Below are positions 15,933 through 26,026 of a stretch of 28,309 bases of DNA, piece by piece. The stretch is taken from the NCBI GenBank assembly GCA_037447605.1, contig CM074818.1, positions 2,465,883-2,494,191 of the forward strand, written 5' to 3'. This DNA is from Zygnema circumcarinatum SAG 698-1b (Eukaryota; Plantae; Zygnematophyceae). The position numbers and the translations under genes were made by a program. The notes under the pieces were generated by a model. It ran no database searches. It saw only the letters and a program-made list of their open reading frames with translations, and was not told the DNA's origin. Numbering within the stretch: position 1 is the stretch's first letter; each line of letters opens with the position of its first letter.

Positions 15933-18900
15933 ATGGCGGACGCGGAGCCGCTGTCGTCCCCACTGCCGGCCAGTCAGCAGCGGGCGCGCGCCGGGCGGCG
16001 GCTATGGCCGGTGGCGGGCACGGGCGTGTCGCCGCTGCTGCTGCTACCGCTTGTAGCGTCGCTGCTGCTCCTGTTCGCGCTCCCGCTGCACCGCCTCCTC
16101 CTGCTCGGCCCCTCCTCCGACTCGCCCGGCGGCGCGCTGCTCGCTTCCTGCGCGGGAGACGCCGCGCCCTCTAACGCGCAGCTGCAGCGGGCCGGCGCGC
16201 TTCCCACGCTCCTCTTCCTGGCAGCGCCGGAAGGTGGAGGCCACGACTTCTTTGAGCGCTTCTTCAGGTGCCGCCCCTCGGAGCTCACCTCTCTGCGGGC
16301 GGGCCACTTGCTGGAAAGTGAATGCAGCAGCTGCGCTCCTTTCGGTCCTTGCTGCTGCTGCTGCTGCTGCTGTGGAGCCGACCCCTGGGCCTGTGTGTGG
16401 CGCTACGCAGCTACCTCCCTGTCAACGTGACGGCGGAGCTGTTCGAGCCCGAGCTGCACCTCACCGCAGACGACGCGCAGAAGGTTGCGCCCGAGCAGTG
16501 CCCGCGGATGCCGTATGCGCGCCACATGCAGGACTTTGGCGCGCAAATTGCCGCGCGCTTGGCCAAGGTTCCGCAGGTACTTGCATTACTTTTGACGTTT
16601 TGCTGACGGTGCTTACTCCAAGTTTTAGCACTTGCGAATGTCTTGGGTTCCTTCGCCCTGCTTCCCCATTTTTTTCCTCTCAAGTATAGCTTTCTCGATA
16701 ACTGGAGAGCACGGTACGAAGCTTTAGCAAGGTGGTAGGAAGAAATGCGTTGAAAAATCAGGAGCTGGCAAAGCAGTGAGCAGCTGCCAGCAGTCGGCAA
16801 TCTGTGACTACTGCAACCCAGCGCCAGCACCACCAGCCACCCAGCGTCACCACCTCACCTCGATTTTCCTTTGAGCCGGCGTGGCAGCTCCGCAGCTGCA
16901 CTTCCTTGTTTAATGAACGCTTAGCTGATACCACCGCCAGTTGCAGCTGTGTTTAGGGACGAGCGTGCCCTCCAGCCGATGTACTCGCTATTTGCAGGGG
17001 CTTTAGAATGGAAAATGTGTTCCATTTGTGGCATGGGTGCTGGCCCTCTGTGTCAGAGACCGCAATCAGAATGCTACATTGTTGGCACGTCGGTTAGGAA
17101 GATACACAGGAGGCTTGAAGTATACGAATCGATGTCATAACTTGAAAGAGGCTTTCCTCATAGATTGAATCGAAGTCTAGGACATTCCATACACTGAGAT
17201 CCACCACCATTTCTTATTTGCATCGCACAACGGTCGTGGGACCTGAGGGCTCGTCGCATAGGTGGCCTTGCCAAATCTCGGCTGGGTACAACCTTTGGGA
17301 TAATTGCGCAATGACGCTCGTATCTGAGTGTTGAATTTTCTCACCGACCTTTGAACCTGCATTCACTCGTAGAGTTCACCCTTCATTCCCTTTCTGCATC
17401 TTAGATAATTTTCTGTATGATCATGCTTTTCTAGTAATCACTGGCAGTATCGTTTGGAAGCGTACTTTAATCGGCAAGAATGCTATCCTATTGTAGGCCA
17501 AAAATGTTCCAGAAACTTCCTGTGCTGCGTTGAGCTTTCGGTTGGTGAGCTGTGCATGGGATTCAGAATGTTGCTGATGATCTACTGCATTCCTACAAAC
17601 CCTAAAACCACGTGAGTGGGACGGTTGCCATCCCGGGCAGGGCGGGGTGTACCTGCGAGCGCGCGACCCTTTCCCTATGGGACGCGTGCGCACGCCATTG
17701 GCCCGCCCCGACCTGCAGAGTCTCGCGCTCTTTGACGGAGTCCAGTACCGCTTGAAGGTGATGTTTCTCGAATGGCCCTGCACCTCTGCCGTCATGTTGA
17801 GGGATATAGGGCCTTGTACGGAGTGGAGGGGGGAGTTGTGGCAGTCGAGGCTTTAGCAGAGATGAGATTACAAGTGAGCAAGGGAGGTGGAAGGGGGAGA
17901 TGGGAGGAGGTGGGAATGCTTAGCGGAGAGAGAGTGGAGAGAGAGTGGAAAGCAGGGAGGAGGGAGTAAGGAGAAAAGTTTGGGGGGGGGGGGGGGAAGG
18001 TTGTAGCGCCGCGCACATGGGAGGATAGGTAGGAACGGGCTTTGGGGAAAGGGATGGAGGAGGAGATACGTACTGTTATTGAGTCTTTGTCATACTGTCG
18101 AATTCGAAGTCCCAAAGTGGTGAGTGACTGCAACTGAAGAAATAATGGGGTCGGAAGGGTACGCACAGTATCCAATAATTCTCTACGTATACAGTGCTGT
18201 TTGTCGTAGATATCGGCTTACCGATGTTTTTGCTTAGTCTTCTGCTGGGGTGAGATGTCCGTCTGCAGGCGCCTGGATTGGTCGCCATACGAAGGGTGGA
18301 GCCCAACAGGGGCAGCTGAGTGCTGGCGCAGGTCATTTCCATTGTCCGCAATTTGACGGAGGTAGTTGCCTGGTCCGTTTCACGGAATTTCCACTCCAAC
18401 GACATGGGCCTTCAGGTGAGCGGAGGTGGGGGGAGGAGTGCGAGTAGGAGGTGCACAATTCAGCATAAAAGGAAAGTTCGGGATATCTCACTATGGGAGC
18501 AGGGGGCAGCTTGACGACCGCTTGTCTCTGATCATGTGTAGCTTGGGGCTCTGCAGGTGCGTCTAATAGAAGATAGTATGGTTTACTTAGACGCACAGCT
18601 GCGGGTTCTACCGTGCTCCATGTACGCCATTGTCAGCCTCAGCCATGCCCTAAAAAACCCTCAGGTGCAGCCCCATAATCTTTCCCCGGCTTTTTACAAA
18701 CCTTGGGAGGTAGTCAGTTTTTTTAAGCATTCCTTCCTGAATGTAACTTCGGGAAGTGTCTGCCCTACAGGGTGAGTGACATCGATAAGCTCACAGAAGC
18801 TTGAGTCACACGATAACTTGGACTTGCGAACACCATTGCAACTATTGACATTCGCTCATTGTGCTTGAATTCTAAACTACAGTAGTTCACCTCATACTGC

Positions 18901-19246
18901 TTGATGCTGAAGGCGATTTAAGAACCCATTAACTTTAGTCCCAGTATTATTTTCTCAATCTAATCGAAATCCCATGGGTTGTCTGATGTTCTGGCGAATG
19001 CAGACGATGGCTGAGCCCTTTGCAGAGTTTTTGGATCTGCCACATGTGGACGGTGAGAGCGTGCTGAGAGCGCTGCGGGCGGCGAGAAGCTCCTGGTTGG
19101 CGCCGCCCCTCGAGCAGGCGGCCGTCCTGCAGGGGCAGCCCGTGCAGAAGTTCTTCGACCTGCGGAGCCCCATGTGGCCGCTCCTCTCCGCAGCGCGCCA
19201 CGCGCCCTTCTTCTCGCCCGCGGAGCCGTGGCACTGGCCCGCCTGA
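15933..19246 (+). CDS. Uncharacterised type II membrane protein with probable P-loop sulfotransferase-like fold, about 350 aa
   Basis: Exons 15933-16267, 16411-16576, 17641-17757, 18332-18415, 18557-18664, 19004-19246 join in phase with GT-AG ends; an extra 48-nt exon at 17497-17544 is possible. The protein has an N-terminal Leu-rich TM (PLLLLPLVASLLLLFALPL), LFLAAPEGGGHDF (resembles a 5'-PSB loop) and RLKVISIVRN..VAWS (resembles the 3'-PB strand-Arg-Ser motif). The exon chain is well supported; the function is pattern-based inference. Confidence 0.7.
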
Positions 19247-19773
19247 CCGCAGGGTAACGGGGAAGACCCCGCCAGTGACCGCTGGCGGCTCCCGCCGACA
19301 TGTGTGCTGCCTGGCTGGCTCAGGAGGTCTCACTTGCTCAAGGAGAGGCCGACCTCAGGGTGCTTTTGACACTTGCCCGGCTAACCTGCTCCGCATGAGC
19401 GGGTTATCCTGTTCCATAATCATCTGTAACACCAGTGAAAATGTAGTTATCTAAAAAAAGGAACATGTTTCTCTACTTTTGTAGATTTTGGGATGTTTCC
19501 AAGTTCTTGCTTGATATGCTTTCATGTGCTGAGCTCAGCTTCTTAATGTGTGGCTGCTTTTCGGATGACATCCGAAACGGCAAGACGAATGGACAATACT
19601 CTCTCACATAATGGCCTTCGTAAAGAGCATTCTCATTTGAATCAGAAATGTACAATCTAAATCCAAACACCCTGGTCCAAAAACCATCATCAACTTTGAA
19701 CTTCAACCCAAAACCAATATATATGTACACTAAAACTAACATTTCTGAACAGTTATCACGGCAAAACAAGTTG

Positions 19774-20005
19774 ACCATCTGGTCGAGGCTTCATGGCTAA
19801 CCGTTCGCACGAGGCGGTGACTGACTAAAGCCAGCCAAGACAGAAAAAAAGGCCTCGACCATATAGTTAACCATCTGGTCGAAGCTCGGTGACTAGCCAT
19901 TTGCACGATAAAAAACCTCGACCATATAGTTAACTATCGGGTCGAGGCTTTGTGGCTAACCATTTGCACGAGACAGTGACTGACTAAAGGCAGCCAACGC
20001 GCAGA
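19774..20005 (+). repeat. Array of a ~95-bp unit built around a 32-bp imperfect palindrome (CCTCGACCATATAGTTAACTATCGGGTCGAGG); left copy
   Basis: Half palindrome at ~19774-19787 and full palindromes at 19853-19884 and 19916-19947. Linkers share TGGCTAACC.TT.GCACGA and GTGACTGACTAAAG. Confidence 0.85.
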
Positions 20006-20078
20006 AAAGGCAAGCGGCAGCGGCAGCATGAAGCAGCGGGCTGGACCGCATCGTGGGGGTGGCCTTTGGCCTTTAGAG

Positions 20079-20262
20079 CTGCAACCCGGTTTTGGTCTGC
20101 AACCCGGTTTTGGTCTGCAACCCGGTTTTGGTCTGCAACCCGGTTTTGGTCTGCAACCCGGTTTTGGTCTGCAACCCGGTTTTGGTCTGCAACCCGGTTT
20201 TGGTCTGCAACCCGGTTTTGGGCTGCAACCCGGTTTTGGTCTGCAACCCGGTTTTGGTCTGC
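20079..20262 (+). repeat. 18-bp minisatellite (CTGCAACCCGGTTTTGGT)10 upstream of OLA1
   Basis: Ten tandem copies from 20079 with one substitution in copy 8. Confidence 0.97.
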
Positions 20263-20411
20263 GTAGCCGCCGACATTCGGGCTTTTAGGGCGCAGGGCCG
20301 GGCAGGGCAAGGCAGCGAGCGCTGGGACTGAACCCGGGCGGGCCGCGGCAGTGCTGCTGCGCTTGCAGGGACGAGGGACGAGAGGAGAGCAAGAGGAGAG
20401 GCGGCGGCATC

Positions 20412-23400
20412 ATGCCGCCCAAGGCCAAGAAGGAGGCTCCGGTGGAGCGCCCAATTCTTGGGCGCTTCTCTTCGCACCTCAAAATCGGAATCGTGAGCCC
20501 GAGCTCTCTCCCTTTTGCTTGTGGAGTTTCGTGTCGCTTGTGCCGTCGCGATGAAGCCTCTGTGAAGGGCAGAGCTGAATGTTTGGGAGGTTCGACTTCG
20601 GAAACATGATGTGCAGGTCGGGCTTCCCAATGTGGGAAAGTCAACTTTGTTCAACACCCTCACCAAGCTCTCCATCCCTGCGGAGAACTTTCCCTTCTGT
20701 ACCATTAATCCTAACGAGGCCCGCGTCAACATTCCGGACGAGCGGTTTGAGTGGCTTTGCCAACTGTTTAAACCAAAGAGCGAGGCAGGTCTCTGTGCTT
20801 TCTCCGTGAGAATTGTCGCTTTGGAGTGATATTGGGTGACGATAACTACTATACGCTAGTAGCTAGCAAGTGATCGAACTTGTCTGTGAGCTGTGTGGTG
20901 TGGCCCTTCGGATCAGAGCCGCTATGCAAAATTGAGTTCGGAGAATTTTTCGATGGGTTTGTTTTGGGCGGTCCAGGTTTCAGCGTTTTTGGAAATCCAT
21001 GACATAGCTGGGCTGGTGCGAGGGGCGAATCAAGGAGAAGGGTTGGGAAATGCTTTTTTGTCTCATATTAGAGCAGTGGACGGCATCTTTCATGTCTCCC
21101 GTATGGCACTTACCCTGTCGTACTTTGACCACTAAGTTCCTGCATTTAAGCATGTTACCGGCATCGTGGAGTGTGTTCTAGTGTGCTAGTCTAGACGATT
21201 AGTTACATTTTGCAGAGATATTTTGCTGGTAATGGCCCGAATCAAGTGTCAAATTTCTGTATTGTCGTCGGCCGGCCTAATTGAGAGCTGGGGTAACTGA
21301 ATGGATGAGGGACATTAGGTGCTTTTGAGGACGGTGACATCGTGCACGTCGAGGACACGGTGGACCCTATTCGTGACCTTGAAATCATCCACAACGAGTT
21401 GAGGCTGAAGGTACACGAGCCCCGTCCCCCTCTTTCCGCATCGCCAGTTGGGCGCGCATGGAATGACCTTTAATGTATTTTGGATAACTTAGCCTCGCAG
21501 AACTGTCGCTTGAGGCTTATTGTTGGAGGAACACGGTAGTGCAGGATATTGAATTCATGACGGCGAGAAGGGAGGACCTTGAAAAGCAGCTGAAACGCAG
21601 CAACGACAAGCAGTTGAAACTCGATCATGAGCTCTGTGTTAAGGTGCCATTTTTTCTGCACCTCCGTTTCGCAATACTGTCTGCTGCATAGGTCATGTTT
21701 CTTATGCAGTGCTGAACAAGTTGGAGTGGACAGCGGCATTGCAGGTGCTGGAATGGCTGGAAGAGGGGCATGACGTCCGGCTCGGGGATTGGAAGGCTGG
21801 CGATACTGAAACGCTCAACTCTTTTCAGCTCCTAACTGCCAAGCCTGTTGTGTATCTGGTGAGTTTAAGAGCGCGATTCATAGTATCATGCTTAATGACT
21901 AGTCAACTTTTCAATATCCGGCAGCACATGTTGAACGAGAGATGGCCTGCGTTAGGGTTCTCCTAATTCTGCCAATATATGTACTGTGTCAGGTAAATTT
22001 GACCGAGAAGGATTACCAGCGGAAGAAGAACAAATGGTTGGCGAAAATTCATTCCTGGTATGTTCCTTCCCAGCGCTTAGGTGGCTACATGCTGGTGAAA
22101 TTGTTCTCACCCCGCAAAGTTCTGCAAGAGTCAATGGCGGCCAGTTGTGAAGCATAGCACATAATGGTTGCTTTCTACATTCGTGAGGCCGGGAGGTAGT
22201 TTGTTATATTGCTGCTATCAGGAAGTGTCTGGTTCGGACTTCTTTGAATCAAGTGAAACCCTAGTTTGGTGTCCCTTCCTCTCAAGTGAATCTATAAACT
22301 CGAATATTGGAAAAGGGCATAAAGCCGTCTCGATTGAAGGGATGACTCGTTGTACAGGGTACAGGAGCATGGCGGAGACGTGATCATCCCATTCAGTGGA
22401 GCTTTGGAGTCAAAGCTTGCGGATATGCCGGAGGATGAGGTCGCCAAATACTGCAAAGAGAATGAGATTGTCAGGTATTTATTTCTGCATTGCCATTCGT
22501 CTTGGCAATGTCCGCGCTTATTCCAGTCAGCTGGCTTATATGCTTGTAAGAAGAAAGTGCAGTGACATGGCCATACTCATGAAGAAATGTTTCGGTGAGG
22601 GAGGGATGGGGCGTGTTCAGTGCATTACCCAAAATCATTAAAACCGGCTTTTCAGCAATCCACTTGATATATTTCTTCACCGCCGGTCCAGATGAGGTTA
22701 GTTTTTTTGTGGCAGACCTTCAAGCCTTACTGAAATTTGTCATGCATTTCGATCAAATCGACCCTGCTAAGAGTTCCTCCACGGAATGCAACTTTGTTGC
22801 AAGATTACCGTTTCTACTTGACAACACTTCAGCTCCTTCTCTTGAGGAAACCAGCTGAAACTATCGTAAAGAGAGTGATCGGATAGCAAGTAATTTCTAA
22901 AGCCTGTTACTCTGCATGGTGATTTTTGTTTTTTATGAGGACTATCTAACTAGAGACCGGAAAGGGGAAGGGATGGGGAGAGGGTTGAGGGGCTGTCCCA
23001 CCTTAGTTCCAGTATCCAGGCCTGATTTCAGCATTTTTGTTTTTCAGTAGCGAGTGTCTGGTTGGTCGAATGGTCTGTTTCGTGCTTGCCAGAGTGGAGG
23101 GAGCTAATGGGTGGTCTTTGCATGGCCGGCGGTGGCAACATAGACCTCTAGGAGGGTAGGAGGGGGGAAGGGCGGCAAGCATGCCTTCAACTGATTGTCG
23201 CCCGCGCTTCTTCTCGAGAGGCTTCAGCGTCTTCTGCTGAAGCCCCTTGAACGTTGCGCAAGAGAATAGACATTCTTATAGTTTTTTAAAAAAATTTCAG
23301 TTGCTCTGATGATTGCTATTGACGCTTATTGTGAAATGCATTCACCAGCAGCATTACCTCCGAAGGGATCGAGAGGCTTGATCATGGAGCCCTGCCTGTC

Positions 23401-24529
23401 ATGCCTGACTCTCCTGCAATGTACTGATTTACTTTGCGTTCCTCGACGAGGTGTCATAGATGTCGGTGTCGAAAGAAGTTACTGGCGCCTTCTAAGGACA
23501 AGTAATTAGGAACTGACCTGTCTGTGACACTTTTGATTTTTAAATCGTCATAAGCAATTTTTCTTGAAAACCCTTAAACATTGCCCTGCTTGATGCTTGA
23601 AGCTATGATGGGTTTTTATGCCTTACTTGAAATCGGACGGAATAAAATTAGTTGTCGATGCATGGTATAGATGAGTTACTTCCACAAGCCACCTTACTGG
23701 TTTCTGCATCCTCTATATACTTTGTAAACAGAGATCTTGCGGCTTGAGATCTTGTTAGCATTCTTGTATCTTTAATACACAAGAATGCTAACAGGCCTTA
23801 CCACATGTTCTCGATCATCCTAGTATCGCGTCAGCATGTAAGCAGTAACAGAGTTGTTAGTGAACTTCCGTGACACTTGAAGGTTAAAGAAAATCCCTAA
23901 AAGTAGTGGAGGGAGGTATGGGTGGATTTGCAGGTGCGTTGCTGGCAGATCCGAAAACAGTCCAAGGCTCCGCAAGCGGCAGGCGCCATCCATTCTGATT
24001 TTGAACGAGGCTTCATTTGTGCTGAGGTGTGTTGAAACCCTCATGTTGCTGATTGGACAAAGGAATGGAGAGGCGCCCCCCCTAATATACTGTTGAGATG
24101 ATTCGACGATAGAGAAAACGTTTGTGAGACTGGGTTTTGCAGCTCGATGTTGCATAGTTCTGAGTGGCGCATGCTGCTGCAGGTAATGAAATTTGAAGAC
24201 CTAAAGGAGCTTGGGTCGGAAGCGGCTGTGAAGGTAAGCAGCTCTCACTGTTTGTTTTGATCGTCACTCACTGGCTTTATCGTGCTATGTTGAGCAGCAT
24301 TCCTTGCGGCTGCTTACGAAGAGAAGGTGATGAGTGTGGAGGCCATTTCACATGCTTGGCTTTGTGCTTTTTTTGTGACTGCGGGCCTGCGTTGACTTGA
24401 GTGCGTCTGGGGCCATGTGGAGCATTTCAGGCAGGTGGCAAATACAAGCAAGAGGGAAAAAATTATGTTGTGCAGGATGGCGACATCATTTTCTTCAAAT
24501 TCAACGTGTCCTCAGGTGGCAAAAAATGA
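20412..24529 (+). CDS. OLA1: Obg-like ATPase 1 (OLA1/YchF), about 392 aa
   Basis: Exons 20412-20492, 20617-20784, 20977-21100, 21319-21410, 21545-21643, 21745-21858, 21993-22057, 22358-22474, 22621-22696, 23934-24026, 24183-24233, 24431-24529 sum to 1179 nt. Motifs present: [16 protein letters not shown] (P-loop), [61 protein letters not shown]. Intron 2 has a GC donor. Confidence 0.97.
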
Positions 24530-24727
24530 TGTATCCAAACTAACTTTTCAATCAAAATCCAATAATAATGTAACATATGAGTTTTTGGTGGCAATGCTTG
24601 GACGTTTGGTGAGTTTTGCATTCACTGTGTTGACTACACGACTGTTGTGATTATTCTGGGGTTTTCTGGGAATTTTCTGCAAGTTTTCTAGGGGTTTTCT
24701 GGTAGTTTAAAGGGTTGAAAGGGTTTT

Positions 24728-24870
24728 CACTAGCCACTTTAGTCATTAGTCGCTTGGCTTGGCCCGGACTCTTTAGGTAGCCACTATAGTCATTGGTCTC
24801 TTGGTTTGCCGCGGACCCTTTAGTCTTAAGTCGCGGCAAACCAAGCGACCAATAACTAAAGTGGCTAGTG
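24728..24870. repeat. Foldback inverted repeat: 36-bp arms (24778-24813 / 24832-24867, 33/36 complementary, 18-nt loop) plus a third arm copy at 24728-24765
   Basis: TAGCCACTATAGTCATTGGTCTCTTGGTTTGCCGCG versus the reverse complement of CGCGGCAAACCAAGCGACCAATAACTAAAGTGGCTA. Confidence 0.85.
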
Positions 24871-24884
24871 AATAGAGAGTGCGG

Positions 24885-25070
24885 AGTCAGTCACGGCCTC
24901 GTGAAAATGGTTGGCCCCGACAACTCGACCAGATGGTTAACCACATGGTGGAGGCATTTTTTTACCTTGGTTGAATTTAGTCAGTCACCGCTTTGTGCAA
25001 GTGGTAAGCCGCAAAGCCTCGACCAGATGGTAAACCATATGGTCAGGGCTTTTTCTCTACCTTGGCTGAG
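24885..25070 (-). repeat. Inverted copy of the 32-bp-palindrome array; right copy
   Basis: Palindromes at 24923-24954 and 25017-25048 (period 94). The linker TTTAGTCAGTCACCGCTTTGTGCAAGTGGTAAGCC is the reverse complement of the left-copy linker. Confidence 0.85.
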
Positions 25071-25093
25071 TTTCAGGGTAAAAACAAATGATT

Positions 25094-25283
25094 ACTGTTG
25101 AGCATCTGCCGCTGCCTACAACCGATGACTAATGACCAATAACTACCGTTGAGCATCTGCCGCTGCTCGCACCCGATGACTAATGACCAATAACTACAGT
25201 TGCCGCTGCTCGCAACCGATGACTAAGACCAACAACTACAGTTGAGCCACTGCCGCTGCTGGCAGCTGACGCCTAATGCTAAG
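25094..25283 (+). repeat. ~51-bp tandem repeat, about 3.5 copies (GTTGAGCATCTGCCGCTGC...GATGACTAATGACCAATAACTAC)
   Basis: Unit starts at 25094, 25145, 25196 (deleted variant) and 25238 (diverged). Confidence 0.85.
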
Positions 25284-25582
25284 GGAAGGAAAGAGGGGAA
25301 AGAGGGGAGCGAGGGGAAAGAAAGAGGGGAGAGAAAGTGGGGAAGGAAAGCGGGGAAGGAAAGAGGGAAAGGAAAGAGGGAAAGGAAAGAGGGAAAGGAA
25401 AGAGGGAAAGGAAAGAGGGAAAGGAAAGAGGGGAAGGAAAACGGGGAAGGAAAATGGGGAAGGAAATTGGGGAAGGAATGAGGGGAAGGAACGAGGGGAA
25501 GGAACGGGGGGAAGGAAAGAGGGGAAGGAACGAGGGGAAGGAAAGAGGGGAAGGAAAGAGGGGAGGGAAAAGAGGGAATAGA
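25283..25582 (+). repeat. Purine-only low-complexity repeat (GGGGAAGGAAAGA-like units)
   Basis: Almost exclusively G/A on the + strand with recurring GGAAAGAGGG motifs. Confidence 0.9.
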
Positions 25583-25897
25583 AAATTGAGCCATGAGCCA
25601 TGAGCCATAAGCCATGAGCCACGAGCCACGGGACACGAGCCATGAGACAATGAGCCATGAGCCACAAAAGGCACGAGGCACGAGGCACGAGCACGTGGCA
25701 CGAGGCACGAGGCATAGGCACGAGGAACGAGGCACGAGGCACGAGGCACGAGGCACGAAGCACGAGGCACGAGGCACGAGGCATAACCACAAGGCACAAG
25801 GCATGAGGCACAAGGCACAAGGCACGGGGCACAACGCACGAGGCACGAGGCGAGGCACGAGGCACGAGGCGAGGCACGAGGCACGAGGCACGAGGCA

Positions 25898-26026
25898 TGT
25901 AACAAACGGTATACATGGAGTGTATGATCTAGTACTCACATTCGTGGTTGCCTTTTAATGGTAAAGCACTTAGGTGGATACCAAGAGGTCCTGAGATCAA
26001 ATCTTGCTGGAGGCGGGTTGGTTACA
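25898..26026. mobile_element. 129-bp LTR-like (solo LTR/TRIM-like) insertion with TG...CA ends, terminal inverted repeats, 5-bp TSD and an internal tRNA-derived segment
   Basis: Starts TGTAACAAAC and ends GTTGGTTACA (9/10 inverted match). AGGCA is duplicated at 25893-25897 and 26027-26031. It is a non-repetitive island interrupting the GCACGAG satellite. Confidence 0.7.
25950..26014 (+). pseudogene. tRNA-derived sequence (degenerate cloverleaf with B-box) inside the 129-bp element
   Basis: Canonical tRNA spacing: D-loop AATGGTA, AAGC, A, stem CTTAG / 7-nt loop GTGGATA / CCAAG, variable loop AGGTC, T-arm CTGAG-ATCAAAT-CTTGC, and 3' acceptor TGGAGGC partly pairing with GCCTTTT. B-box GATCAAATC at 25995-26003 fits GWTCRANNC. 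The 5' D-stem is missing or degenerate. Confidence 0.6.

Noticed and set aside
16957-17544. Extra candidate exons in the sulfotransferase-like gene (16957 onward; 17497-17544 AKNVPETSCAALSFRL)
   Set aside because: Not needed for phase continuity and no recognisable similarity. The 48-nt candidate has good splice signals and cannot be excluded without RNA data.
19774-20005. CRISPR-like appearance (32-bp palindromic repeats with spacers)
   Set aside because: The spacers are homologous to one another and of unequal length, there are only 2-3 repeats, the context is eukaryotic and no cas genes are present.
20028-20310. Repetitive ORFs (LQPGFG)n, (ADQNRV)n and similar
   Set aside because: All are frames of the 18-bp VNTR; none connects to OLA1, whose conserved MPPK start is at 20412.
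23300-23430. Possible intronic C/D snoRNA in the long OLA1 intron 9 (CTGATGA ... CTGA)
   Set aside because: No terminal stem or recognisable rRNA guide could be established by eye; the boxes are short enough to occur by chance.
25950-26014. Functional tRNA gene (apparent anticodon GGA)
   Set aside because: The D-stem 5' strand is missing, stems contain mismatches, the T-loop reads ATC instead of TTC, and it is embedded in a TSD-flanked insertion; treated as tRNA-derived.
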